DNA of 64,000 nt from Lepidodermella squamata (lineage: Eukaryota; Animalia; Gastrotricha). The notes under the pieces are model-generated. The model was not told the origin of the DNA. It did not search any database and saw only the letters and a list, made by a program, of their open reading frames with translations. The stretch is taken from contig JBLDXI010000031.1 in the NCBI GenBank assembly GCA_047495785.1, forward strand, positions 1,054,001 through 1,118,000. The letters are read 5' to 3'. A program made the translations under genes and the position numbers. Positions 25,289-38,572 of the stretch are shown in pieces; position 1 is the first letter of the stretch, and each line of letters begins with the position of its first letter.

Positions 25289-26524
25289 ATGACCAGCGAT
25301 TTAGCCGAAGATATCTTTGTTGGTCTCGGATCTCTCGGAGTCACAGGTGCGAGCTCGGCTGATATTTCGCGCTATTGCGAGAGCGGCATTGCGTCCGCTG
25401 ATTATCGTTACTTGGTCGTAAAACTATGCGATCAGCTCAAACAATTTCTGAACCTGGAGGAAACCGTTCAAAACTCAGAGGATGCATCAATGTTTGCTTT
25501 GGAGTTGTCCGGATTCTTGCGGGAAATGAGCTGCCCAATCGCGGCGTTGACCGCTGCTGAACAGGAAGACAGATTTCTCAACGGTGAAAACTGTATTGCC
25601 TTGCTAGATTACCTCATCTCAGAACTCCAGGCCGTTCGATTAATTGCAAAGAATAACCCTGATTATTTGAGGAAGAATGCTCAGCAACTGACTTCTCACT
25701 CAAACAAAAATGGCGGCGTCAACGCTTTCTGGCTACAAAAGCTCTGCATTGCGTTAGGTTTCCCTAAACCGCCACCTAACATTACCGCACAAGAGCTGTG
25801 CTCTAAAATAGCGAATCGGACCAAGGAAGTCGTTGGATCGTGGCCGCCTGAATTACTAGGCAAAGCCTTGATTCAACACCAAATCTCAACGAAACAATGG
25901 CAATCCCTTGTTCAATTGAACGATATATTCACCGAGGAATACGCAATTCGTCGCGAGATGTTGCTTACTCGGTTAGACGTTACAATTCGCAGTTTTGGCT
26001 GGGGAGATCGTGCTAAGGGTGCGATCCCAGCTGAAATTGAGAAGGTTTACCTACCAATACGGCAGCAAATGAAAATCAGAACTGGCCTAGGTGTTGCATC
26101 AATCTTAGCTGCTAGAGATGATTTAATAAAAATCCGAAAAACTTGCGATGCCTCAATGCGTGAAAGGACGAAATGTGATCTAGTAAATAAGGCGAAAATG
26201 GGTGCAGTCCCTGATCGAGGTGGCCGGGCGAATGAATATGACGCCCCAGCTGCTGAGATGCCATCCTGGCAAAAACGACAGCCTGATAGTGGCCATCGCG
26301 GTGGAGGAAGAGGCGGTCCTAGGGGTGGACATCAAAGTGCTTTCGACCGCTTAGATGGCCGGCCTCAAACTGCGGGAAGTAATGGCGGTTATCATCAAAA
26401 TCAACAACAATTTCGGCCTCAGAGTAACTTCGACATGTATGGCGGCGCCCAGGCAGGAGGCGGTTATCAGGATCATAACCGTGGCGGTCGAGGTGGCCGT
26501 GGAGGCCGAGGTCGGCATTATTAA
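25289..26524 (+). CDS. FAM98: FAM98 family protein (tRNA ligase complex), RGG tail
   Basis: FALELSGFLREMSCP, EYAIRREMLLTRLDVTIRSFGWGDRAK, GAVPDRGGR, EMPSWQKR and C-terminal RGG repeats. Confidence 0.92.
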   Translation: MTSDLAEDIFVGLGSLGVTGASSADISRYCESGIASADYRYLVVKLCDQLKQFLNLEETVQNSEDASMFALELSGFLREMSCPIAALTAAEQEDRFLNGENCIALLDYLISELQAVRLIAKNNPDYLRKNAQQLTSHSNKNGGVNAFWLQKLCIALGFPKPPPNITAQELCSKIANRTKEVVGSWPPELLGKALIQHQISTKQWQSLVQLNDIFTEEYAIRREMLLTRLDVTIRSFGWGDRAKGAIPAEIEKVYLPIRQQMKIRTGLGVASILAARDDLIKIRKTCDASMRERTKCDLVNKAKMGAVPDRGGRANEYDAPAAEMPSWQKRQPDSGHRGGGRGGPRGGHQSAFDRLDGRPQTAGSNGGYHQNQQQFRPQSNFDMYGGAQAGGGYQDHNRGGRGGRGGRGRHY

Positions 26525-26923
26525 AAGTCGAAAATAACTGCTGATAATAACCTGAAAAATTTCATTTATTTGTGAATCTAGTGCAACTTGCTTTACTTGC
26601 CTTCTTTCATTTTTCGACGACTAAGAACTGAATGAAAATGTGATATCAATATGATTTTCTTGCGAAACAAGAAACTTGAAATTTACCAAATCAGTTCGAA
26701 TATTAAAACCTAAAGTTTTAGGAACTCGGGCTGGGATTTCTCAAAGAATTGCACTATTGGACTTTTTAGAATAAAGCTTCGAAAATTACTAAAAATGACT
26801 AAAAACACTGAAAAATTGCTTGATTTGTACTAACTTACGGATTTTCGGGATTTTTTGACTTTCTTTTCAATATTTTAACATTTGATTTTCACGTTTTTTA
26901 GTTATTATTTTATTTTACCGAAA

Positions 26924-28285
26924 ATGGACGCTAAAAGTCGAGATGCGTTCAAAGCGCGGCAATTAGCTGCGCTGAGCATGGTTGCCTCGACTAAAAACGA
27001 TCGGCATTCGAGCGGAGCCGGCGCTTCGTCATCAGACGGTCCTAAGCCGAAAAAACCGAAGACCGAGCCGTCATCGAGCGGCAGCAAACCGGCGGCGAGT
27101 TCAGCGCCGAAACAACGCCCGAAACACACTTACGAACTCGATCGACAGATGGGCAGTCGATTTACGATTCTGTCGAAAGTCGTCAAATATTTAAAACAAC
27201 GCTTTCATGAGGGTTTGTGGAAGAAAAATAATTATGAAAAATCAATATTCATAAATTAAATGAAATTTATGAGAAAAAATATTTGAAAATTATTTTATTT
27301 TGAAATTTGAATTTGAATTTTGTTACAATTTAGCTGTTACTAGCTAAAAATAAAAAAAAATCAATTTTTTCAAATTTAATGTTTTGATTTTACTTTAATA
27401 TTCATATTTTTTAATTCAGGTCTTCTCGAGCCTCTGAATATTGAAGATTTGTTGGAAGAAGCTCGGTTGAATGACTCGCCGCCCCTCGTGAAAGGCTGGC
27501 TAGCTAGTGAAGCCCTGCCAAACAACCCGAAAGTCGATACCGTGATGAAAAACGGTTCGAAGTGCTTCATTTTCCGGCCTCGCTATCCGAAAGTTCGCGA
27601 TAAGAACTCGCTGATCAATTTGTTGGAATCTTACGCGGCCGAGGGCGAGGGCGGTGTGCTGCTGGAAGACCTGCTCGAATCAGCGCCGAATGCTGTTAAA
27701 TTAGTGAACGCGCTGGTCGACAGCGGCGAAGCCATCGCTATTCCACTCGTTAATCAGGTAAAATTTGAGCGAAATTGAAAATCAGTGGAGAAATACCGGA
27801 TATTACCTATCTTTTTGCTTTCACTGTTACCCCGCTGAAATTGAAATTTTTAGGAAAATTGGCGATTTCTAGTTTGATTTTAAATAATCTCCAAATATCG
27901 TGAAAAATATTTTAATCTTGATTTTTTTATCCAATTTTAGAGACGACTGAATGCGTCCGCCACGTCGAAAGATGCCGGCGATTCGAGTTCAGCCGCGCCT
28001 ACTGTTTCAACCCGCCAGACCAACTTGGTCGTTTTCTCGAACCAGCGGCAATACGGCCTGCCGGGCGTCGACGACAAACTGGTGGCCATGTGGCGAGCCA
28101 TCGAGCCGGGAGGTGCCGAGATCGCCTCGGCCTTGGCCGGCGAACAACTGCCGGATAAGAACAAGATGAAGGGCAAGCGCGGCCGGCCGAAAACAGGGAA
28201 AACAGGCGCCGACGGCCTGCCGGCGTTCAAGCAGACCAACGTGCATTTGGCGAATACCGGCGTGCTGATCAATTTCGGAAAATAG
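26924..28285 (+). CDS. GTF2E2: Transcription initiation factor IIE beta subunit, three exons
   Basis: FTILSKVVKYLKQRF, PLNIEDLLEE, WLASEALPNNPKV, GGVLLEDLLES, VDDKLVAMWRAI and FKQTNVHL. Confidence 0.85.
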
Positions 28286-28849
28286 CCGGTGAAAAAATTT
28301 ATTGTTATCCGAGACAGAAAATTGACAAACTGTTGAAAACTGCTCAATAAAAATTGTTTTATTCCCTGTTAATTGGTGTTTTGTGTAGTAATGTTGTTGG
28401 AAAAATGCTATGCACCTTGTCGAGGTCGCTTTTTCACCGCAGACGAAATGTTGTTCCGGAATTCGAAACGGATATAAGAGGAAATGTGAAGGAAAGTCTG
28501 TTGTGATGCTTTTGATGTTGTTCGACGTTGTTCAGCACTTGAAAGGGAAAGACCTAGATGAGAGAAACCAACGTTTCCTTAACATCTTTGCAACCAATTT
28601 TAACAAGGTTCGCTGGGTTACTATAAATCGCCTCGAAAAATTGATGTGAAAAAGTATAAACCGAAATCCGTTTACGAGCCATACTTCGGCCTTAAGAATT
28701 GATATGGATTTTACAAATGAATTATTTTTCCGATATCAGCAGTCTTGGCATTTTTACTCCTGATTTTAAAATACCCGCGGTGATCAGGTAGTTAAAGTAG
28801 AAATCACAGGTTTAAGCGTGCACCATTGAAACCGAAAGCGGAACAATTA

Positions 28850-29246
28850 CAGCGTGTCCCATACGTAACGCAAGCAATGAAAATACACAGAAAAGGGATT
28901 AGAAACTCAAAAATGGGAGGGGGAAGTGGCCAGAAATTTTTTAGAAAACGCGGAAAAGCCCGAGAATAGTTATCAACTGTGTCACTTGCTAATGGGATCA
29001 AAAAGCGGGGACATTTGGTCCAAACGGGTAAATTACCGAAAATTATCGAACCAGTTACCACCGGGATTTTTCGGGTTTTCTCCGACAAATTATTTATTTT
29101 TTTTTCGGTTAAATCGCGGATAAAAGATGGAATACTCTCATCTCGATATGTTTAAAATTGAAAATTGAATTATAAAATTGAAGAAATTTCCTAAAAAAAA
29201 TTGCAAAATTAAAAAAAAATAGTTGCGCTACTTCTGGGACACTCTG
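28850..29246. mobile_element. Tc1/mariner-type MITE
   Basis: Ends read TA|cagcgtgtccca ... tgggacactctg|TA. A diverged partial copy lies in inverse orientation at ~50643-50949. Confidence 0.7.
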
Positions 29247-29665
29247 TAGTACTAGTACTACTACGATGATTGAATTTAGTGTTGGAGCCTCAATTTTAGT
29301 GGTGCAAATATTTGGAACCATCCAGTTTTAAAATAAATCCTGTAAACCTAGAATTTGGACATGTTTACTGAACAAATTTATAACGATTGCTTAGGATTCT
29401 GCACCCTCGTAAAATAGCGAGCCGTAAAACAGACAAGTAATTCCCCATTGGGCTTTCATGTGGATTCAGGGTATTCAGATAGTCGTGGCACCGTAAACTA
29501 AAATTCCGAATTTTAAACTACTGCCATTATACGCTATGATACATGTCCCAAAGCACAGCTCAAAGCGTCTGCGTCTTGTCTGGCTATTTGCAATAATATC
29601 AGCCAACACTTGTTCTCATATTTATGATCTACTGTCTCTTAGTAGGTGGTTTTATTTAGTCTATC

Positions 29666-30127
29666 ATGGATTTTGTCTGCGATTCGACTGCCACAGCAGC
29701 CGAATTCTCTCGACAAGGCAGCCAACAATCGACAGTTCCAAGTTTGAATGCCGCAGCGGAAACATCCCGCCGCACAATCGGCGAAGAACAGCCGCACCAA
29801 CAACGCAAGCCGCGAATATCTTTCGCCTCCCAAGTCTCCAACCGAATCAGCCAATCTTCATTCGGAGCCGCAACTTCAACAACAACAAGCGCTCCAGTAC
29901 GCAACGCCCATGCAACGGTTAGGGCTAACATGAAGTCGGAAATGGCGAAACGCTGGCTGCGCCTTGTCACAGTCCTGCTATACATGGTTTTCGTATCGAT
30001 AAGCGGCGTTTCGCTATCGCTGTATTATCTGTTCTTCTGGAAGCCTGATTCGCCGAATTTCAACCTGTACTACGGCGTAAATGCGACCCAAGCTGGCTTT
30101 CACGGCGGCCTAGCAGGCCACACCTAA
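29666..30127 (+). CDS. InaF-motif single-pass membrane protein
   Basis: KRWLRLVTVLLYMVFVSISGVSLSLYYLFFWKP matches the InaF motif. Confidence 0.75.
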   Translation: MDFVCDSTATAAEFSRQGSQQSTVPSLNAAAETSRRTIGEEQPHQQRKPRISFASQVSNRISQSSFGAATSTTTSAPVRNAHATVRANMKSEMAKRWLRLVTVLLYMVFVSISGVSLSLYYLFFWKPDSPNFNLYYGVNATQAGFHGGLAGHT

Positions 30128-30563
30128 ACATTTGGTGCACGAGCGAATTATAATTCCAGCCAGTAAAAGACTTTGCCTTTATTTCTTACCTATGCCTATT
30201 TATTTGTAAAGTCTCTATCGGTGTACCTTTATAGTGTAATAAATTTGATCTGGGATATTTTGATGGTTGAAATTTACGCCAACTCTGGTCGCACAAATTA
30301 GCGCAACAGCTCTGCTTTCGGTGCATGCGCTACTATTTAATGCATTGTGGTTGCAATAATAAATGGTATAAGCAGATCGATCACAAGGCGAGCCCGCTAG
30401 CTACCTCGATAATCGATCACAAGACAGCCGCATGACACAACGCCTTAAAACGCACGCACACCTTTCTATCAATGCAGTACTAGCTGTGCTATGCGGTTGT
30501 AGTTTTCTTTACCGCCCCTTAATGACACTTCCCTAAGAAAAACGGCTTCTGACAGAAAGAGAA

Positions 30564-33500
30564 ATGGGTGACGATTTTCAGATCAACATTCAGTACGACC
30601 TTGATGGGAAGGATCCGAAGGAGGTCGAGAAAATCATTCGGAAAACAATGAAAGAGCTAGCTAAATCTGGTGCGATAGACCCTGATGCTTTCAAGGTTGG
30701 CGCCCAAGAAACAGGTTAGCAAAAAAGCATCACAAATGAAATGCTCATGTCGTCATTTCTTTAGCTGATGAATGGGAGCTGGAGCTAACGACGGGCAAAG
30801 ATGCTCCTGGGTGCCCAGTGGTTTTGCACATATGCGGAGTGAAGAGCGATGAGAAGCCCATCACGCTGAAGCAAAACGCCGATGGCAACGAGCCTTTCAT
30901 GCCGAACCAGACCGACAAGTTCAAAGTTATAATATCGGATGCAATTGGCGATGTTTTCAAACTTCGATTCGGTTTTCCTGACGAAGTTGCTGATGCGAAT
31001 TGGCTGCTAAAAGGGGTTAAATTGTTCCATCCGTATGATAAGGACACCTTCAAAGATGAGGTTGAGGTTGCGGTAAAGAAATCAAGTGGCTCAGATCCAT
31101 GGCAAGAAATTCCTGTTATTTGGCCCGATTATCCGAAGCTTGATGTCATCAAGTATCAAGTCTATGTTGCAACCTCCATCAAATCAGGGCGTATGGAGTG
31201 TGGGGCGAATATTATCATGTACGGCGAGTATGGAAATACGGGAAAGAGAGCTCTGAAAAAGTCTCTCAACAGCAAAATTCGGTTTCAGCCAGGGCAAAAT
31301 GACCGATTCGAAGTTCCCGCAGTTAAACTAGGCGAAATCCGGAAAGTTTGGCTCCAAAATGATTGCGCAGCAAACAACAAAAATTGGTAAGATTGCTTAA
31401 TCATTGTATGATTGAAATGCACATTCCCGTTTAGGATGGTGGATAAGGTTGTTGTGAAGGAATCGACTGAAGCTGAACGTGAGTGGCTGTTCAAGTGCGG
31501 TCGGTACTTTGACCCGGCTAAGGGTGACCACAAAACTGAGCGAGTCTTGGAGCTCGGGAAGGAGCCTGAACCAGAGCCTAGCGAAGACGCACCTGTTGCT
31601 CCACCGCCACCCGAGTAAGCCTATCAATCAAAGTCATTTTTCCTATCGATTGATTTTCATTAATTTTTCATCACGCAGGCCGAAGAAAGAGAAGAAAAAG
31701 AAGGAAGAACCGCCGCCGCCGCCACCACCACCACCGCCTGAACCTGAGCCTGAGCCTGAGAAACCTAAGCCGAAAAAGGAGAAAAAGAAAGAAGAGCCGC
31801 CACCTCCACCGCCGCCAGAGCCCGAAAAGCCGAAGAAAGAAAAGAAAAAGGAAGAACCACCACCACCGCCACCACCGCCGCCACCAGAGCCTGAACCCGA
31901 GCCTGAAAAACCAAAGAAAAAGAAGAAAGAAGAGCCGCCGCCACCTCCGCCCCCCGAGCCCGAGCCGGAACCTGAACCAGCGCCTCCACCTAAACAAAAG
32001 AGTAAGAAATTCGATCGATAACCAAATCGATTTTTCACACCTTCTCCCAAATCACTCCCCATGTTTGCGAAAATGACCTCGGTGCATTTTTATTGGAATT
32101 TTACAGAAATTTCATTCCCCTCCATGCATTTGATACCCAATTTCAAGGTTAAATATGTCCCCCTTGTGTCGAGCCCCTAAAATTACATATTTGTTTGAAT
32201 CCATTTTCCACCACCTCTGAACCTCAGCCCCAGAACCAGAAAAAGAGGAATCTGAGGAGGAGGAGGAGGAGGAGACAGAAAGCGAAGAAGAAGAAGAAGA
32301 AGAGGAGGAAAGCGAAGAAACCGAAACCGAAACTGAATCCGAGGACGAGCCTGTGAAGATCCCGGATCCTGAGCCTGAGCCAGGTTGTCGAAAGTGAACT
32401 GCGGATTTCCAAATAGACTGCCAACATACTCAATGCTTTCAACTTGATTACCCTACTTCTTCTCTAGTTTGAAGTGACCTTTAATACCTCAACTTTCAAT
32501 CTAGTTTCACGATCTCGGTTTTAATGATATAAACATATTATATGATTTTTTGATGGCTATCGTTATTCGGCCAGTTGATCCGAATACAAAGTACTTCTTT
32601 TTGGATTTAACAGAAAAGGAGGAACCGCCACCGGTTGAAGAAAAGCCAAAACCAGATGCAGCCAATGACGAGTGGCAATTATGGTGGCAAAATCGAGATG
32701 AACAAACACCTTATAAGGTATGTAATAACTCTCAATCAGGTTCTTTTTCTATACTTTATTGAATCAGGATATTGTCGTCAGTTTTATAATGGTGGGCGAC
32801 AAGGATGAAGGGGATGAAATCGAGGTCGAAGAAATCCGCCTTGAAACCGGCACATCGCCGCGTTATGATTTCGAAATGGAGCCAGACATGATAGGAGACC
32901 TGAAAAAAGTTCGCATTCGATTCGGCCCAAGCGTAGCCAAGAAAACAAAGTGGGAACTTGCAAAACTCTTCGTTAAGCACCTCAAATCGGGCGATGTCCA
33001 CGTTTTTGATTTTCAAAAGCCAATTGTCAAGAAGGATTCTGACTCCGCAGCGGAAGCTAGTGCAGACAACGTTCCAGTCCGAACTTATATTTGCTACCTT
33101 CACACTGGAAGTCGGCCCGGTCTTTCTGGTGAGGCTATGGCTTATATCGTTGTCCGCGGTGAAAATGGCGACAGTGGCAAGCGGTGGATTGTAAATCCGG
33201 TCGAGGGTAAGAAGGCGCTCAAGAAAGGCGAGGTGATGAAAATGGAGATTGATTGCGTTGATTTGGGCGAGGTGAAAGGGATAAGACTTGGCCACGATTC
33301 ACCGGGCAAAAGCCCGTCCTACTTTCTGGAGAAAGTTACGATCAAGCCGTCGCATCGAGCTGATCTGCAATACGTGTTCACCTTTGAAGAGTAAGCTGTT
33401 TGATTTTAGAAATCGGGATTAATTGTGACACCCGTACAATTTTCACCTTTTAAACTGCGAAATAGATTGATAGAATTTGTAAATTTGACTGTTAGTGTTT

Positions 33501-36500
33501 GTAACAGAATTTAGTTACACCATAATGAGAGAATTTATTAAGTCATGCCTAATTAGTTTCAGAGTATCAAAGTGCTCCCTGCTTGTAGCACCTGTCAAGA
33601 TACGCACAACGAGTATGACATGAGCTGAGCTTTGATTATTTAATAACCTCCTCCCGTGTCCTAAACAATTTCTTCAAATTTTGTAGCGCGCGCCGATTTT
33701 CGGACTGTTAAATCCTAACTTTTATCATGGTTTCTTATGCATAGACATCCACACATGCTTAGAATGGCTTGTCCCAGGCGAGTAACCCGAGATTTTGCTA
33801 ATTGACATGGGTAGTTTGTCCCAAGTTGTACAAACCGACCGCGAAAATGACCTATTAAATTACCAACGGTATTCTATACTGTCCGGGCTGTTTATAAAGC
33901 CTTCATGTACAGAAACCCTCCCAATGCTGTGGTATTTCTGAGTAAAATCACTATATGGGTAAAACCTGGTTTTCGAAATTGGCAGAATGCTTCATCGAGC
34001 TATCGGTGCGCTTTAAAACGCGGAAAACGTTACGAAGAAAACGAAAACTCCGCCGAACTACGGAAGTCATTCTTGAAGCAAGAATTCGTCCGAATCCATC
34101 CACGATTCATCAAATTTGACGTTGTTTTGATTAACACCTGAATATAAATGTTAAAATAAAGGAGAGTTCTTATTAGCTTTATTTCTTATACAATAGTGAC
34201 AAAGCCGAAGAGGCTCAAGCTGCGATCGAAGAGCAACAGGGTGAGAAATACGATCCTAAAGATTGGATGATGTCGTGGTACAATGAAGACAACCAGCCGC
34301 ACGACTTTCTGCAAATCGCCGCCATTCTCTTCGGCGAAAAAGGCCAATCAACCTCCTACTTCATCGACGTCGAACTTCGACCTGGTGACAGCGATGGCTA
34401 TCTCATCAAAGTCGAGCAGGACATAGGCGAGCTGATAAAAGTTCGCATGAGTAATGGGCCGAAAGTTCGAGGGAAACATCCTTGGCTGATCCGAGAGCTG
34501 AGGCTAAAGAACTTGGCTAGTGGCAAAATGTATACGTTCCAACTTGGCGGAGGGGCTGGTGATACTGGGGTAAGGAAGTACCGAATCGAAGTTTACTACA
34601 CTGCAAAGGGCCTCAGTGCACTCGGTTCCGCAAAATTGAACATTAAACTGATTGGCGAAAAGGCGCAAACGGAGAAATTACTTCTCGACAACATTTGCAG
34701 GCGAGAAGACGGAGCTGTTATGGACACTTTCGACCTTGACCTTGCCGATTTAGGCGAGGTCAAGAACTTGAGGCTTGGCCATAACAAGAAGAACAAGCAG
34801 ATAGGGTTTTTCGTATCAAAGGTCGTCGTCAAGCCACAGCATTTGCCTAACAAAGAATGGATCTTCAAAATACCGTAATGAAACTTTTAGTCCTAAATGA
34901 GATCAGAATTTTAATATTTCCGATATAGTTACGAAGAGGAGGAAGAGAAAGATGTTCCCCAATCCGAGTGGCTCATTTCATGGAATTGCTCTGAATCCCA
35001 AAGACAGATCATGACTACGATAATTCTCGTTCTCTATGGAGAAAATGGCAAGAAAACGCCAGATGTCGCTGTTCAAACAATGCTTAGGCCCGGTCAGAGT
35101 GAAGAAACCATGTATTTAATGGAGAAGCCGAAACAGTTCAAGCCCTACAAGGTCAGGGTCGGATTTTGGGAGAAGCAGTATGATCCGATACAATGGAACT
35201 TAAAATTCGTTCGAGTGCGATGCGTCCAAACGCGAACCATCTACACATTCACGCTGAACGGAAGTAATTTATTAGATTGTTTCAGATCCATCAAATCATT
35301 TGATATCTTTTCTTAAGGCGTACTGTTTAACGAAGAGAAAGACGGCTGGCGAGAGATCGCTATCGACGTACCACCAGATCAAAGACGCCCGCCGACTGTG
35401 ATCTATGAATTACAAGTGTTCACGAGTAAAGAAGTTGGAGTAGTTACGGATTCTAAAATCCACGTCATTCTTAACGGCAAAATGGGCGATACTGGGAAGA
35501 GAAAGCTACTCCGATCACTGAATAACGGATTTAAAAATTACATACCTGGCAGGGTGATTAAAGCCTATTAAAACATATCAATTGCATCAAATTGTTGGCT
35601 CTTTATAGATGGATACTTTCCGCATCGAAGCTGTAGATTTGGATGAGATAGAAACGATGGTCATCGGTCATAGCGATACGGGCCGCTACCCATCATGGCA
35701 TTGTGAGCGCGTTTTGGTCACTGATCGACATGGCGGTCAAATCTACGAATTTGAAATGAATAAGTGGTTCGATAAGCTGCGAGCTGATCGGTTGATTGAA
35801 CGCACTTTCCCCGTCACGCGACTACAACGTGCTGGTTTGGGCCGAAAGTGGTTTGTCAAAATCAAGATTGGCGACCATCCACTGGCTGGGACGAAAACTT
35901 CCCTTGGCCTCATCATTTGTGGAAAGGAAAACACTTCGGATATTGTCCTGCTTGGTAATTACTCGAAAATTACGAAAAATGCTGATCAATACAATTTTTA
36001 CAGGTAAAAATACCGGTGTCGATGGTTTCAAGCCAAAAGAAACCTACGAATTCAACGTTGATGTTGAGCTGGACGATATCGAAGACGTAATTGGGGATGT
36101 GTTCAAAGTCCGCCTCGGCTTTCTCGACTGGAATCAATGGCCTTCAATGTTTGTACAAGAGATTTTCCTCCAGGAACTTGTCACAGGAGCCGAGTACACA
36201 GTCGATATCAACGACTGGATTTGGGCTAGTCCAAAAAATGACGGCTGGCGCGAATTCCAGGTTCGCCACAAGGGCGCAGATATGACCCGTAAGTTTCCGT
36301 CACGCATAGATGGTTTAACAATTGTAACAAAATATTCCGGTGCCAAGTTGAACTACCGCCAAGTAAGACCTTTTTCAAACCTGTTTCTCCTACATCTGAG
36401 TGATTTTTACTGATGTGATATGTGAAATTGTTTTCTGTTGATTTCCTGAAATTAAGACGTTATTGGAGTGTTTTCTTGACGATCCTTACCTGATCCCATC

Positions 36501-37988
36501 TTTTTACCTCCACCTGTGTCCGTTCGGGCAGATGATAACATTATTTTCTAATTTTCAAGTTTACAAGTATCAACTTGCTGTTTGGACCGGGACTGAAGTC
36601 ACTGCTGCAACAATGGCAGACGTGTATTGCCAAATTTTCGGAAATAAGGGTGACTCGGGCAAGCGGCGCTTATGCAATTCAAAAAGTCACGCTCGACCTT
36701 TCCAGCAGGGTCAAATGGACCTGTTCGACATCGAAGCTATGGACTTGGGTGATATCAAGAAAATAGTTCTCATGCTTATTGCCGAGGAAGCGAAAGACAA
36801 CTGGCATGTTATGAAGTTATCGCTGCAGCAACATCCATTTGCTGGGGAAGAATTCATGTTCGAGATCAACAGGTAAGCATATCTGATTCAACTATTCCCA
36901 AATAGCTACACTACAGATACCTCTTGATACAAACAGGTGGTTTGATGCTGCAAGCCATACCCAAGTATTCACGCCAACGGCTCGTAACGAAGGCAAGCCT
37001 TGGGTGGAGACGCCAGGAGAGCACATCATTTTCCTCACTACTGGACCTCAAAAAGAGCATACAACAACGTCAGCTATCCACGTGGTTGTTGTAGGCGAAA
37101 AAGGTGAAGCTGGGCCTTTCCTATTAGAGCATCCTCCTGTTCTAGGCCCAGATGGTCTCCCGATCCCACCGAATCCAAAAGAAAAGCCGTTCCAAGCCGG
37201 CTTCGTCGATTACTTCCCTTTCGTGGTCGAGGATGGGAAAGTTGGGAAGGTTATGAAGGTTCGGGTTGAAACAGACGGCAAAGGGCGAAATCCGAGGTGG
37301 TTTGCGGAGAAAATTTCTGTACAAAATATGATGAACCCAAGGTTGGACACATGCCACTTCGTTGGTGAGTTATTCCTGGAAACTCATTTTTCCCTTACTG
37401 TTTTGACTTCACGCAGTGAATGACTGGTTTGCCGAAGATAAAGGCGACGGCGAATTCGCTCGTGAATTTGCTGCTGAGTATCCTGGAACAATGCCATTAC
37501 AGCTGGTTAAATACAAGGTCGAAATCAGCTCCGGAACCAAAGGCAGTACTACGGTACCTCCAACAGTTGACGTGACCATTGCCTTATTCGGGTCATCATC
37601 GTATAACTCGGGCCCAAGACGCCTTAAACGGAATATTGAGTCGCATAAGTCGTTTCAAATGGGCAAAACTAATAGCTTCTACATAAAAGCATTTGGTGTC
37701 GGCGATGTTGAGAAGGTTGTAGTCGGGCATACTGGCATCGATTCAAGGTTCAAGTTACACATACGTGAGGTGAGAGTTTCCTGGGATCCTGATCATAAAG
37801 TTGTGTTTAAGTGCGATGAGTAAGTTGGCATTTATTCTTTTTATTCATTGCGACGTATTGCTTATTTTTATCCTAGGGTTGTTGTGAAAACTAAGCCTAG
37901 CGTCCCGGCTGAGGTCACGTTAACGCTGAAACCCCCAACTGAAGCTCCGGCCAAGCCACCACCCTCTGCTGCTGCATCTGATGACTAA
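30564..37988 (+). CDS. LOXHD1-like multi-PLAT/LH2 domain protein, many exons, with a Pro/Lys/Glu-rich linker
   Basis: Repeated PLAT signatures such as YGEYGNTGKRAL...FQPGQNDRFEV.AVKLGEI, GENGDSGKRW, GNKGDSGKRRL...FQQGQMDLFDIEAMDLGDI and WFAEDKGDG. Confidence 0.85.
31679..32000 (+). repeat. Coding low-complexity repeats (KKEKKKEE-P7-10-EPEPEPEKP) x4
   Basis: Directly visible in ORF 31479-32021. Confidence 0.9.
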
Positions 37989-38572
37989 TTAACTCTTGCA
38001 TTCTTGCATTATGAAAATTATGTGACCAATTAGCTTTCCCAGTTTTTATTCCTCTCATAAATGCGCATGTTTTTGTTCAAATTGAGGTTTCTTCGTTCAT
38101 TTTCGGTTCGTAATCAGAGCGAATAAACAGGAAAAAAACTCATGATCATGGTAAACCAATGCATTTTCGGGTAAATCCTATTCCTATTAAAGAGTGCCAC
38201 TCTAAAGAGCCCACTATGTGCCCAAAGGCTAAGAGATTTACTTCGCTCAATATCTGCCCATACCGCAGAAACTTACCCGACAATTTAATCTTGTAATTTA
38301 TTCATGGGGAGCTAATTCCGAACACGAATCAATAGAAAAGTGGCATCTAGTTTGTTAGCGACCCGCTATCTCTTATAAATAATTGAAATCGCATTTTTTT
38401 CTCAGCGCTGGCTCTTATTGCGGCATTTCGCAGCGATATAGCTTCATCGCTTATCTCGCTCAACCCCTAGTTGTTCGTTTTCCGATCGATGTGAACTTGG
38501 AACCCTAGTAGATGCTTCCTAAAGTCTTCCTTTGCAATCATTCCTACGAGACAATTTTCGCGTCGGTTGAGA

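Noticed and set aside
31643-32442. Gly/Ser/Phe-rich and Arg/Trp-rich minus-strand ORFs
   Set aside because: These are antisense shadows of the Pro/Lys/Glu codons in the PLAT-protein linker.
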